The position numbers and the translations under genes were made by a program. Positions 21,758-31,887 of a stretch of DNA of 64,000 nucleotides are shown here, one piece after another. The first letter of the stretch is position 1; each line of letters begins with the position of its first letter. The stretch comes from an uncultured Gemmatimonadales bacterium (GTDB taxonomy: Bacteria > Gemmatimonadota > Gemmatimonadetes > Gemmatimonadales > GWC2-71-9), in assembly GCA_963821525.1 (NCBI GenBank), contig CAWGED010000019.1, positions 320,001-384,000 on the forward strand, written 5' to 3'. The notes under the pieces were generated by a model. That model made no database searches. It was not told where the DNA came from and saw only the letters and a list, made by a program, of their open reading frames with translations.

Positions 21758-22456
21758 ATGCCGACACGGCACTGGGACCGGAGCTTCCTGGAAAGCAGTC
21801 AGGGAAGGATCATCGCCCTGCTCCGGCAGGGCAGCCGCACCATCGAGGAACTCTCCACCGCCCTCGGCCTGACCGGAAACGCGGTGCGAAGCCACATCGC
21901 AGCGCTGGAGCGGAACGGCTTCGTAGTGCCGGCCGAGCAGCGACGGACCAGCCGCAAGCCGGCCCAGGTCTACGCTATCCGGCCCGAGGCAGAGCAGCGC
22001 CTCTCCAAGGCTTACGCGCCGGTACTGGCAGGGCTTCTGCAGATACTCGCTCGCAAGATGGACCCAGCCGATTTGCGAAGCCTGATGCGCGAGGTTGGAG
22101 AGCAGCTCGCCGACGGCCACCCCGCCTCGAAAGCCGACCGACTTGCAGGCGCTCGTGCGGCTGCCATGGTCCTGAATGACCTCGGTGGCGCGGTCGAGGT
22201 AGAACAGCACAACGGTGAGCTGCGGCTCAGAGGAGATGGCTGCCCACTCGCCGAGGCGGTCCGGGTCCATCCCGAGGCCTGTCGCGCGGTAGAGGCTCTG
22301 GTGAGCCGAGTGGTCGGGGCTTCGGTTACCGAGCAGTGTGACCATGGCGACCGGCCGCGGTGCAACTTCGCATTGAAGACCTCGCCAAGCGAGCGCCGTC
22401 ACCCAATCAGGATCAAACGCGAGCGATGGCGGCGAATGCAGGCCGATTGGCGCTGA
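21758..22456 (+). CDS. Winged HTH transcriptional regulator (ArsR-like HTH with C-terminal Cys sensor motifs)
   Basis: TIEELSTALGLTGNAVRSHIAALER; C-terminal GCPL...EAC...QC...RPRCNF; RBS gaggagg. Confidence 0.8.
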   Translation: MPTRHWDRSFLESSQGRIIALLRQGSRTIEELSTALGLTGNAVRSHIAALERNGFVVPAEQRRTSRKPAQVYAIRPEAEQRLSKAYAPVLAGLLQILARKMDPADLRSLMREVGEQLADGHPASKADRLAGARAAAMVLNDLGGAVEVEQHNGELRLRGDGCPLAEAVRVHPEACRAVEALVSRVVGASVTEQCDHGDRPRCNFALKTSPSERRHPIRIKRERWRRMQADWR

Positions 22457-22926
22457 CTGCCATTGGGGATGACCCTCCCGCCCTGCCACGTCTGGGGTCG
22501 TTGGAACTCGACCGGACTCGTGCGCTCACCCGTGGACCCGCAGGATCACTCCTAGGACTGATGCATCGCCGAAGGGCTGGACCAACAGCTGGCGCTGGCA
22601 CCGGATGACACGCGACTACCGGGGCCCGGTTGAAGCGCTGCTCAAGGGGGACCGGCTCCCGGCTCCCTGGACGGCTCCAGGCAAGCCCATGGGTAGCGGG
22701 AATCGAGGCACAGTACGGCAGCGCAGGAGACGTGGCGGATTCGCCACGACAGCCCCCCTCCACCGGCCCATCTCCGATGCGGTGAGGTTCGGTTAACTCA
22801 GCCCCAAGGCCAAGCGGCGATTCGACTAAGCCGGATGCGCCAATCCGTCGGCCTTCGACTTGCGCCTGTCCCACAGCAATCGTCCGTCATATTTCAGCCG
22901 TCTCCCCAGTACCCCAAGAGTGAACA

Positions 22927-23772
22927 TGATGCTCGTACCTCAGCTCTCCCGCGCTCCGCTGGCTTGCTCTTCGAGTCCGTCGGCCGGGCTCATGGCGGCC
23001 TGCAGCGAGGCGAACGGGCCGGGAAATGACCCGACTACTCCGGCAAACTCACAACCTCGTCGCGAGACCGATACCGGCCACGAGGCCGATGGACAGCGCA
23101 AAGCTCAAGGTCTGCAAGTTCGGAAGTGCGGGGACCTTTACCGTCACTATTGATGGAGTTGCTTCCCAGTGAGCCTGGCAGGATGGAGAGTGCGCAAGTG
23201 GCGGGCCAACATGTCCGCTCGGGCAGGCCGGAACCACTCAATTCACCGTTGCGGAGAACGCCGATCCCGCGACCGTGTTTCGATTCGCTGGAAGTGTTTT
23301 CCAGGACTGTTGCTAACAAGACCACGATTGTCTATCAGCTCAGCGCCTTTACCCCTTCGTTTTCGGACAATCTTCAATGGTGACGTGGGGAGACTGGTGG
23401 AGTTCTTCAACCACCCCGCTCCGCCGCCCCCGCCGCCGGGATGCACGTTCACCCTCGGGTTCTGGAAGAACCACACCAGCGCCTGGCCGTCCGGCTACGA
23501 TCCGAACGACTCATTCTTCCTGAGCGGGACGACCTGGCTCGGCGCTCTGTCACGCCGCCGAAGGGCAATGCGTACTACATCCTGTCGCAGCAGTACATCG
23601 CGGCGGTCCTCAATGGCGCCAGCGGCGCCAGCGTGCCGGCGAACGTCCAGACCGCCATCGACGGTGCGACGGCATACTTCGCAGCCAACGCTCCGACTCC
23701 GGCGCCGAGCGGCTCCGTCCGGACCCAGCTCATCGCCTGGGCAGACCCGCTGGACAGCTATAACAAGGCTTG
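22927..23772 (+). CDS. Secreted/lipoprotein hypothetical with CTxTxGFWKNH domain; several frameshifts
   Basis: Fragments LMAACSEANGPG, PPPPPPGCTFTLGFWKNH and GNAYYILSQQYIAAVLNGASGA occur in successive frames; a terminator follows. Confidence 0.55.
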
Positions 23773-23836
23773 ATCGGCCCCGGCCACTGCGGTACCACCG
23801 GGCCCATCTGATCGCGGGTCGTAGGCCTAGCAGTCA

Positions 23837-23870
23837 GGACGGGGCCCAAACGGGCCCCGTTCGCTTTTTC
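23837..23870 (+). terminator. Rho-independent terminator
   Basis: ACGGGGCCC-AAAC-GGGCCCCGT followed by cgcttttt. Confidence 0.7.
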
Positions 23871-24019
23871 GGCCCCAGATCCACATCCGCTCGAATCCGA
23901 ATAAGCTTCAGGGCGCCTGAGGCTCGGGCTAGAGGCGCCTCGCCCGCGATGTCGATTTGGGCCCTCCCCCAACGACTAATTGACGTGCCGAGCCGTTTCA
24001 CCTCGATTGGGAGGAAGCC

Positions 24020-24376
24020 ATGAAGTACCTGTGCCTGATCTATTCCGATGAGACCCAGTGGCAGAAACTGCCTAAGGCCGAGACCGACAAGCTGATGGGG
24101 GAGTTCTTCAACTTCACCGACGGCATCAAGGCCAGTGGCCACTACCTGGGCAGCAACCGCCTGCAGCCGACTCCTGCCGCTACCACGGTGCGGATCCGCG
24201 ACGGGAAGATGTCTACAACCGATGGGCCGTTTGCGGAAACCAGGGAACAACTCGGAGGCTATTATCTGGTCGAGGCCCCGGATCTGAACGATGCCATCCG
24301 GATTGCCTCGAAAATCCCCGCCGCGAGGTACGGGAGTATCGAGGTCCGCCCCGTTTGGGAGGTCGTTCGGCCCTAG
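24020..24376 (+). CDS. YciI/DGPF family protein
   Basis: MKYLCLIY, TTDGPFAETREQLGGYY, IEVRPV. Confidence 0.9.
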   Translation: MKYLCLIYSDETQWQKLPKAETDKLMGEFFNFTDGIKASGHYLGSNRLQPTPAATTVRIRDGKMSTTDGPFAETREQLGGYYLVEAPDLNDAIRIASKIPAARYGSIEVRPVWEVVRP

Positions 24377-24394
24377 CCGGAGAGAGCAGGTGGA

Positions 24395-25648
24395 ATGAGC
24401 GAGGTCATTGCCGAACCGATTCGCGCCGTGGTGGAGACGGTCTATCGTTCCGACTCACGGCGCGTCCTCGCCACTCTGATCCGCCTGCTCGGGGACTTCG
24501 ATCTTGCGGAAGAAGCGCTCCATGACGCCTTCGCCGCGGCGGTCGAGCGCTGGCCCCATGACGGGGTGCCGGCCAATCCCCGAGCCTGGCTGGTTTCGAC
24601 CGGGCGGTTCAAGGCGATCGATGGCCTTCGGCGGAGGTCCCGCTTCGACGCGGCACTCGTGGAGCTGGCGGACCGGTTGGGCGCCGCCAGTGAGCCAGAC
24701 ATGATTCCAGACGAAGAGAGCATCGAGGACGATCGGCTCCGGCTGATCTTCACCTGTTGTCACCCCGCTTTGCCTCCCGATTCCCAACTGGCCCTGACGC
24801 TACGAGAAGTCTGCGGACTCACCACGGAAGCCATCGCGCGCGCCTTCCTGACCAAGGCTCCGACCGTGGCACAACGGATCGTCCGCGCCAAGGCAAAGAT
24901 CCGGGACGCCGGGATACCATATCAGGTCCCCTCGCGAGCCGATCTCCCCGAACGTCTGGCCTTGGTACTGCACGTGGTCTACCTCGTCTTCAACGAGGGG
25001 TACGCTCCGTCGTCGGGTGAGTCGTTGACTCGGGACGACCTCTCCGAAGAGGCGATCAGGCTGGGACGGCTCCTGGTGGAGCTGCTGCCTGAGCCGGAGG
25101 TGATGGGATTGTTGGCGCTGATGCTGCTGCATGAATCCCGGCGGGCCGCGCGGAGCACACCATCGGGGGACGTGGTCCTGCTGGATGAACAGGATCGCTC
25201 GCTGTGGGACCGCGAGAGGATGGCAGAGGGGACCGCGCTGGTTGAGCAGGCGCTCTCCTCCCGACGCTTCGGGCCCTACACCCTGCAAGCGGCCATCGCA
25301 GCGGTCCACGCCGAAGCAGTCCGCGCGGCCGATACCGATTGGGCGCAGATCATCGGCCTCTACGATCTCCTCCTCGAGTCGGAGCGGTCTCCGGTCATCG
25401 AACTGAACCGGGCCGCGGCGGTCGCGATGCGAGATGGGCCGGCGGCCGGGCTCGACCTGATCGACGACATCCTGCATCGCGGGGAGCTCAAGGACTATCA
25501 CCTCGCGCATTCGGCACGAGCCGATCTCTGCCGGCGGCTGGGAAGAAATCAGGAAGCCGGCGACTCGTACCGCCGGGCTCTCGAGCTGGCCCGTCTGGAT
25601 CCAGAGCGCCGGTTTCTGGAACGGCGCCTGAGCGAGCTATCTCACTAA
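24395..25648 (+). CDS. ECF sigma factor with C-terminal TPR-like extension (ECF42-type)
   Basis: DDRLRLIFTCCHPAL, YLVFNEGY, GPYTLQAAIAAVHA; paired with a DGPF gene. Confidence 0.9.
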   Translation: MSEVIAEPIRAVVETVYRSDSRRVLATLIRLLGDFDLAEEALHDAFAAAVERWPHDGVPANPRAWLVSTGRFKAIDGLRRRSRFDAALVELADRLGAASEPDMIPDEESIEDDRLRLIFTCCHPALPPDSQLALTLREVCGLTTEAIARAFLTKAPTVAQRIVRAKAKIRDAGIPYQVPSRADLPERLALVLHVVYLVFNEGYAPSSGESLTRDDLSEEAIRLGRLLVELLPEPEVMGLLALMLLHESRRAARSTPSGDVVLLDEQDRSLWDRERMAEGTALVEQALSSRRFGPYTLQAAIAAVHAEAVRAADTDWAQIIGLYDLLLESERSPVIELNRAAAVAMRDGPAAGLDLIDDILHRGELKDYHLAHSARADLCRRLGRNQEAGDSYRRALELARLDPERRFLERRLSELSH

Positions 25649-25663
25649 GGATCGGAGACTGAC

Positions 25664-26511
25664 ATGGCCGCCGGCGATCTCGTGGGACGCAGCTTTTTCG
25701 TCACCGGCGCCAGCTCGGGTATCGGCCGCTCCATGGCCGAGGCCCTGGCAGCCCGGGGGGCGAGCGTCGTACTCGCTGCCCGGTCGGAGGAGCGCACGCG
25801 ACCGGTGCTCGAGGGCATCCGTCGCCAGTTCCCCTCCAGCGACGTTCAGTCGTTGCAGATGGATCTGGCGGATCTCGACTCGGTGCGCCGCGCCGCAGGC
25901 GGATACCTCGGATCGGGAAAGCCGATCGATGTCCTGGTGAACAACGCTGGGATCGCCGGGACCAACGGGCTCAGTCGGCAGGGCTTCGATCTCACCTACG
26001 CGACGAACCACATCGGTCCTTTCCTCTGACCAACCTGCTGCTGCCGCGAATCCGTGAGGCGTCACAGGGGCGCATCGTCAACGTGGCCAGCTCGGCTCAC
26101 TTCTCAGCGAAGCAGATGGATTGGAGTATGCTCGACCGCCGAACGACGCCTCGGCGGAGTGGATTCCCCGATTATGCCCTGACCAAGCTGATGAATGTGC
26201 TGCACGCGAAGGAGCTGGCGCGGCGGTTGAGTGGAACCGCGGTGACGACCTACGCGGTCCATCCCGGAGCCGTCGCCACCAACATCTGGCGCGCTCTCCC
26301 GGGGCCGGTGCAGTGGTTCATCAAGCTGTTCATGCTGTCCAACGAACAGGGCGCCGTCCCCCTGCTCTACTGCGCTACCGCGCCCGAGCTCGCGAGCCAG
26401 ACCGGCCGCTATTATGACCGGTCTCGCGAGATCCCTCCCAGCCCGCTGGCCGCCGACGACAACCTGGCCCGGGAGCTGTGGATCAGAACGGAAGCCATCG
26501 TCGGATCCTGA
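25664..26511 (+). CDS. SDR family oxidoreductase (retinol dehydrogenase-like); frameshift near 26025
   Basis: VTGASSGIG, LVNNAG, TNHIGPFL, then VNVASSAH, YALTK, HPGAVAT. Confidence 0.85.
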
Positions 26512-26546
26512 GTTCCCCTTGGGGTGGTTCCCCCACTCCCCTTGCA

Positions 26547-26580
26547 CTTCTACAAGAGATTGCATATTCTCTTGTAGAAG
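26547..26580. promoter_or_regulatory. Putative PadR operator (inverted repeat)
   Basis: CTTCTACAAGAGA-TTGCATAT-TCTCTTGTAGAAG, 14 nt before the PadR ATG. Confidence 0.6.
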
Positions 26581-26594
26581 CCATAGGGGAAGCC

Positions 26595-26927
26595 ATGCCT
26601 GAAGAACGTCTCGACCTGCCGCAGGGCACGCTCGATCTCCTGATCCTGAAGGCGCTGTCGCTGGGGCCCCAGCACGGCTGGGCCATCTCGGAGCGTCTGC
26701 ACCAGGTCTCTCGCGCGACGCTCCAGGTGCCCCAGGGATCGCTCTATCCCGCGCTGCACCGGTTGGAGCGGCGAGGATGGATCTCCGCCCGCTGGGACAC
26801 CTCCGACAACAACCGCAAGGCGAAGTACTACGAGCTCACCAGGAGCGGCCAGCGGCAGCTGGAGGACGAGGCCGAGGATTGGCGTCGCCTGAACGCGGCG
26901 GTGGAACTCGTACTTGCGATGCGCTGA
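26595..26927 (+). CDS. PadR family transcriptional regulator
   Basis: QGTLDLLILKAL, HGWAI, GSLYPALHRLE, NNRKAKYY. Confidence 0.9.
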   Translation: MPEERLDLPQGTLDLLILKALSLGPQHGWAISERLHQVSRATLQVPQGSLYPALHRLERRGWISARWDTSDNNRKAKYYELTRSGQRQLEDEAEDWRRLNAAVELVLAMR

Positions 26928-26930
26928 GCG

Positions 26931-29636
26931 ATGATCTCCGAGCTGCTGAGCGACCTGAAGTACCGGCTCCGCGCCCTGTTCCGGCGGGGTGAGATGGAGC
27001 ACGAGCTGGACGACGAGATGCGATTCCACATCGAGCGCGAGGCCGAGAAGTACCGGGCCGCCGGAATGTCCGCCGAGGAGGCGCGCCGTCGAGCCCATGT
27101 CGCATTCGGCGGTGTCGAGTTGGCAAAGGAAGAGAGCCGTGACGCGCGGGGACTCTCGGTGTTGGAGGTGATTCAGCAGGATCTCCGGTACGCCATCCGC
27201 TCACTGCGACGGAACCCGATATTCACGGCAGGCGTGATCGTGACCCTGGCCCTCGGCATCGGGGCCAACACCGCGATGTTCGGGGTGGTAGACCGCCTGC
27301 TCTTCCGCAACCCGCCGATGCTTCGGGAGCCGGAGCAGGTTCACCGGGTCTACCTGGCCTACCTCGACCGGGGTACCGAGAAGATTCCCAACACGACCGA
27401 GTACACCCGGTATCTCGACCTGCGACGCTGGACCTCGGACTTTTCGGAGCTCGCTGCCATCAGCACCCGGCAGCTTGCGGTGGGAACCGGTACCGACGCA
27501 CGGGAGCGCGAAGTCGCGACGAACTCGGCCACTCTGTTCGACTTCTTCGACGCCAAGCCGGTGCTGGGTCGTTTCTTCACCGCACAGGAGGACACCGTCC
27601 CGGTCGGAGCCACCGTGGCGGTACTCAGCTACGGTTTCTGGCAGACCAACTACGGCGGACGGAGCGACGTACTGGGGCAGCAGATCGAGATCGGCGCTGT
27701 GCACTACACGATCATCGGAGTAGCGCCCCGCGACTTTATCGGGATCACCGATGAGAGCCCACCCGCCGTGTTCGTCCCGATCACCGCGTACGCCGGAACG
27801 TTCCGCGCGGGTCCCCAACTGACCAACTACTACACGCGATACAACTGGGGCTGGCTCCAAGTCGTGGCACGCCGCAAGCCCGGGGTCACCGTGGAACAGG
27901 CATCCGCGGACCTCTCGAAGGCCTATCTGCAGAGCTGGAACACCGAGCGCAGCCTGAGTCCTGCTCTTACCGCCCCAGAGATCGCTCACCCGCGGGCTAT
28001 CGCCGGACCGTTGCTCACCGAGCGCGGGCCCAACCAGAGCAAACTTGCCAAGGTCGCCACATGGGTGAGCGGAGTGACTGTCATCGTGCTCCTCATCGCC
28101 TGCGCCAACGTCGCGAACCTGTTGCTGGCCCGCGCGATCCGCCGGCGGCGGGAAGTCGCCGTGCGATTGGCACTCGGCGTGAGCCGGGCCAGGCTGATCA
28201 GGCAGTTGTTGACGGAGACCCTCCTGCTCGCGATTTCCGGCGGCGTGGTCGGTCTGATGGTTGGGTACTGGGGAGGCGCCCTGCTCCGGAAGCTGGTGTT
28301 GCCCGACCAGGGAGCCGGCCACACCCTGACCGACAGCAGGACGCTTTGGTTCGCGTTGGCGGTCAGTCTGGCCGCCGGGACAATCACCGGGCTCGCGCCG
28401 ATACTGCAGGCCCGGCGCACCGACCTGGCCGATTCCCTCAAGGCGGGCGTGCGAGAGGGCACGCATCGGCGCTCTCGGGCGCGGACTTCGTTGCTCCTCC
28501 TGCAGGCAGTGCTCTCGGTGGTCTTGCTGATCGGTGCCGGTTTGTTCGTGCGGAGCCTGCGAAACGTGCACGACCTGCGCCTTGGGTACGATGTGGATCC
28601 GGTGCTCTACGTCGGTTTCAACCGGCGCGGCGTCCAGATGTCCGACCCCGATGCAACCGCGCTGCGGCAACGCCTGGTCGAGCGGACTCGGGGGCTGCCG
28701 GGGGTGCAAAGTGCCGCCCTTGGGCTCACCGTCCCGTTCTGGGATACCTGGGCGGAGAATCTGTTTGTGGCGGGCATCGATTCGGTGGACCGGCTCGGCG
28801 AGTTCACGCTCCAGGCCGTCTCACCCGAGTACTTCTCCACCGTCGGTACCAGAGTTCTTCGAGGTCGGGGCATCACTCCGGAGGATCGGGCGGAGGGGCC
28901 GAAGGTCGTCGTCGTGACCCAGGCTATGGCCGCCAAGCTCTGGCCGGGCCAGGAAGCACTGGGACAATGCATTCGGAGGGACTCCGACACCATGCCATGC
29001 ATGACGGTGGTGGGCATCTCGGAGAACATCCATCAGAACAGCCTCACCGACGACCCGGGTCTGCACTATTTCCTCCCGATAACGCAGTTCCACCCCGAGG
29101 CGGCGACGATCTTCGCCCGGATGAAGGGTGACGCCGAGGAACAGGCAGAAAGTATCCGTCGCCAATTGCAGGCGTTGATGCCGGGAGACAGTTACCTGAC
29201 CGTTACCCCGATGAGCGAGATCATCGCCCCGAACGTGCGCTCGTGGGAACTTGGAGCCACCATGTTCCTCGCCTTCGGTGGCCTGGCCCTTGTTCTTGCC
29301 GCGATCGGCCTCTACAGCGTCATCGCCTACGACGTGGCACAGCGGACCCACGAGCTGGGGGTGCGGATAGCCTTGGGAGCCGGTGTCTCCGATGTCGTTC
29401 GGGTCGTAGTGGCAGACGGGCTGCGTTTCATTCTGATCGGCATTCTGCTCGGCAGCGGGCTGGCCTTATGGGCCGGTCGCTGGATCGAACCCCTTCTCTA
29501 CGCCGTCTCCCCGCGCGATCCAGTGATCTTCGGCGTCGTGGCCGGCGCGCTGCTTCTAGCCGCAGGCCTAGCCTCTCTCCTCCCTGCCCTCCGGGCCACC
29601 CGAGTCGACCCCACCGTAGCGCTCCGGACCGAGTAA
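26931..29636 (+). CDS. Duplicated orphan ABC permease (ADOP), intact
   Basis: 901 aa; ELDDEMRFHIE, LALGIGANTAMF, LLIACANVANLLL, RTHELGVRIALGA, VDPTVALRTE. Confidence 0.9.
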   Translation: MISELLSDLKYRLRALFRRGEMEHELDDEMRFHIEREAEKYRAAGMSAEEARRRAHVAFGGVELAKEESRDARGLSVLEVIQQDLRYAIRSLRRNPIFTAGVIVTLALGIGANTAMFGVVDRLLFRNPPMLREPEQVHRVYLAYLDRGTEKIPNTTEYTRYLDLRRWTSDFSELAAISTRQLAVGTGTDAREREVATNSATLFDFFDAKPVLGRFFTAQEDTVPVGATVAVLSYGFWQTNYGGRSDVLGQQIEIGAVHYTIIGVAPRDFIGITDESPPAVFVPITAYAGTFRAGPQLTNYYTRYNWGWLQVVARRKPGVTVEQASADLSKAYLQSWNTERSLSPALTAPEIAHPRAIAGPLLTERGPNQSKLAKVATWVSGVTVIVLLIACANVANLLLARAIRRRREVAVRLALGVSRARLIRQLLTETLLLAISGGVVGLMVGYWGGALLRKLVLPDQGAGHTLTDSRTLWFALAVSLAAGTITGLAPILQARRTDLADSLKAGVREGTHRRSRARTSLLLLQAVLSVVLLIGAGLFVRSLRNVHDLRLGYDVDPVLYVGFNRRGVQMSDPDATALRQRLVERTRGLPGVQSAALGLTVPFWDTWAENLFVAGIDSVDRLGEFTLQAVSPEYFSTVGTRVLRGRGITPEDRAEGPKVVVVTQAMAAKLWPGQEALGQCIRRDSDTMPCMTVVGISENIHQNSLTDDPGLHYFLPITQFHPEAATIFARMKGDAEEQAESIRRQLQALMPGDSYLTVTPMSEIIAPNVRSWELGATMFLAFGGLALVLAAIGLYSVIAYDVAQRTHELGVRIALGAGVSDVVRVVVADGLRFILIGILLGSGLALWAGRWIEPLLYAVSPRDPVIFGVVAGALLLAAGLASLLPALRATRVDPTVALRTE

Positions 29637-29789
29637 CCTTCCTGTAAGAGCGTCCCGTCAGTCACACCCACGCTGGGCCACGGCTCACGGGGTTGACTGA
29701 AATGTTTGATTACTATCGATAGCCCTCGCCGCATCCATCGGCGAGCGATCAGACAACACGCGCTTGAAGGTGAGGAAGGTTCAGAACCC

Positions 29790-30706
29790 ATGTCGATACG
29801 TCCGGTTCAGCGAGTCGCCAAATCCAGGCCCACGATGGAAGGAGCGGGAGTGAAGCTCCGGCGTGCCTTCGGATTCGGCGATACCACCGAATTCGACCCG
29901 TTTCTGTTGTTCGACGATTTCCGCAACGAGCGGCCCGAGGACTATCTCGCGGGCTTTCCCTGGCATCCGCATCGCGGCATCGAGACCATCACCTACGTGC
30001 TCAAGGGGACGGTCGCCCATGGCGACAGCCTGGGGAACAAGGGGACTCTCGGCGCGGGTGACGTGCAGTGGATGACGGCGGGGAGCGGGATCCTGCACCA
30101 GGAGATGCCGCGAGGCGACGAGGCGGGACGGATGCACGGGTTCCAGCTCTGGGCCAACCTGCCCTCGTCGCTCAAGATGACACCCCCTCGCTATCAGGAC
30201 GTCCAGGGCAAGGACGTGCCCGAGGTCATCGACGATGACGGCACCATCGTGCGAGTGGTCGTGGGAGATTTTTGGGGGAAGGCGGGACCGGTGGAAGGGA
30301 TCGCCGCGGACCCGCGCTACCTCGATGTGTATGTTCCGCCCAACCTCCGTAAGACGCTGCCCGTGCGTCTGGGCCAGCATGCCTTCGCCTACGTCTTCGA
30401 AGGAGCGGCACGTTCCAAGACGCTTCGAAGCCGCAGCCGGTGCCGACCGACCGCGTCGCGGATCCCCTTCACCCCGCTACCCCCGCGGCCGCGCAGGACG
30501 CGGACAACCGCTCGCTGGTTCTCTTCGGCAGCGGCGATGAGGTGACAGTCCAGGCCGGCGAGACGGGCATCCGGTTCCTGCTGGTCTCGGGCAAACCGCT
30601 CGAGGAGCCGGTGGCATGGTACGGCCCCATCGTGATGAACACGGAGAAGGAGCTGGAGCAGGCAGTGAAGGAATTGCGCGAAGGAACTTTCATCAAACCT
30701 AGATAA
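29790..30706 (+). CDS. Pirin family protein; frameshift near 30408
   Basis: MEGAGV, DPFLLFD, FPWHPHRGIETITY, QWMTAGSGILHQE, then EPVAWYGPIVMNT. Confidence 0.9.
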
Positions 30707-30797
30707 TTGCAGATTGCAGATTGCAGATTGAAGATTGAAAATGCAGATGATCTCACCGGTCAACTCAATCTTCAATCTGAAATCTTCAATCTGAAAT
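30706..30797. repeat. Inverted heptamer tandem-repeat element (ATTG[C/A]AG)n ... (TCAATCT/GAAATCT)n
   Basis: ATTGCAG x3, ATTGAAG, ATTGAAA, a spacer, then reverse-complement units. Confidence 0.85.
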
Positions 30798-30812
30798 GAT
30801 TGGGAGGTTCAC

Positions 30813-31169
30813 ATGGCATACGTCGACGGTTTCGTCATTGCGTTGCCCCGAAGAAAGCTCCCTGTATACCGGCGAATCTCCCGACAGGCCGGTAAGGTGT
30901 GGAAGCAGCACGGCGCGCTGGAGTACCGGGAGTGCGCCGGCGATGACCTGCAGATGAAGATGGGAATGCCGTTCCCGAGGCTGGCGCGAGTCAAGCCAGG
31001 GGAGACGGTGGTGTTTTCCTGGATTCTCTACCGGAACCGGCGTCATCGGGATCGGGTCAACGCCAAGGTCATGAAGGACCCCCGCATGGAGCGCATGATG
31101 AAGCTCCCGATGCCATTCGATATGAAACGGATGGCGTACGGCGGATTCAAGGTTATTGTGGATATGTGA
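30813..31169 (+). CDS. DUF1428 family protein
   Basis: MAYVDGFV, HGALEYRECAGDD, ETVVFSWI, MPFDMKRMAYGGF. Confidence 0.9.
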   Translation: MAYVDGFVIALPRRKLPVYRRISRQAGKVWKQHGALEYRECAGDDLQMKMGMPFPRLARVKPGETVVFSWILYRNRRHRDRVNAKVMKDPRMERMMKLPMPFDMKRMAYGGFKVIVDM

Positions 31170-31198
31170 CGCCCAGGATGGAGCTGGGACGAGGGAGG

Positions 31199-31231
31199 AA
31201 GCCTCGCCGCAGTCTCGGGCGGGGCTTTCTT
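31199..31231 (+). terminator. Probable Rho-independent terminator
   Basis: AAGCCTCGCC...GGCGGGGCTT followed by tctt. Confidence 0.5.
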
Positions 31232-31277
31232 GTCGATAGCAGCACGGATGTGTCGCGTCCAGACGGAAGGAGGAAGG

Positions 31278-31748
31278 ATGGCTACCTACGCTGAACCTGC
31301 CTTCGAGAGACGCAGCTCGATCCGGCGGAGAACCGAAGCGGTCACCGACCGATGGTCGCTCATGCCTCCGCTCGGCCGGGCATTGCTCTCTGCGATTTTC
31401 ATCATTTATGGATTCCCCCACTTTAGCGCTCAAACGATCGGGTATGCCGCACACCATGGAGTTCCAGCGGCCGGCATTCTGGTTCCCTTCTCCGGCGTCA
31501 TGGCTATCGTCGGTGGAGTCAGCATTCTGGTCGGCTACCATGCCAAGGTGGGCGCCTGGCTGTTGATCATCTTCCTGCTGGTCGTGACACCGGTGATGCA
31601 CAATTTCTGGAGCGCCACCGATCCCGGCACCCGAGCCCTGCAACAGGGCATGTTCATGAAGAACCTGGCCATGATGGGTGGTGCCATCCTGGTCGCGTAT
31701 TTCGGCGCCGGACCCTGGAGCGTGGATTGGAGTGTGAGGAGAACGTAG
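31278..31748 (+). CDS. DoxX family membrane protein
   Basis: LGRALLSAIF, HNFW, FMKNLAMMGG, GAGPWSVD. Confidence 0.9.
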   Translation: MATYAEPAFERRSSIRRRTEAVTDRWSLMPPLGRALLSAIFIIYGFPHFSAQTIGYAAHHGVPAAGILVPFSGVMAIVGGVSILVGYHAKVGAWLLIIFLLVVTPVMHNFWSATDPGTRALQQGMFMKNLAMMGGAILVAYFGAGPWSVDWSVRRT

Positions 31749-31759
31749 TGGGAGGGTCG

Positions 31760-31878
31760 ATTGAAGATTGAAGATTTCAGATTGAAGATTGAAAAGCCAG
31801 CAATACTCAATCGTCAGTCTGATATCTTCAATCTTCGGCCTTGACCAATCTTCAATCTGAAATCTTCAATCTTCAATC
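31760..31878. repeat. Inverted heptamer tandem-repeat element (ATTGAAG)n ... (CTTCAAT)n
   Basis: Five ATT[G/T][A/C]A[G/A] units followed by two reverse-oriented arrays, between convergent genes. Confidence 0.85.
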
Positions 31879-31887
31879 ACCAGAACT

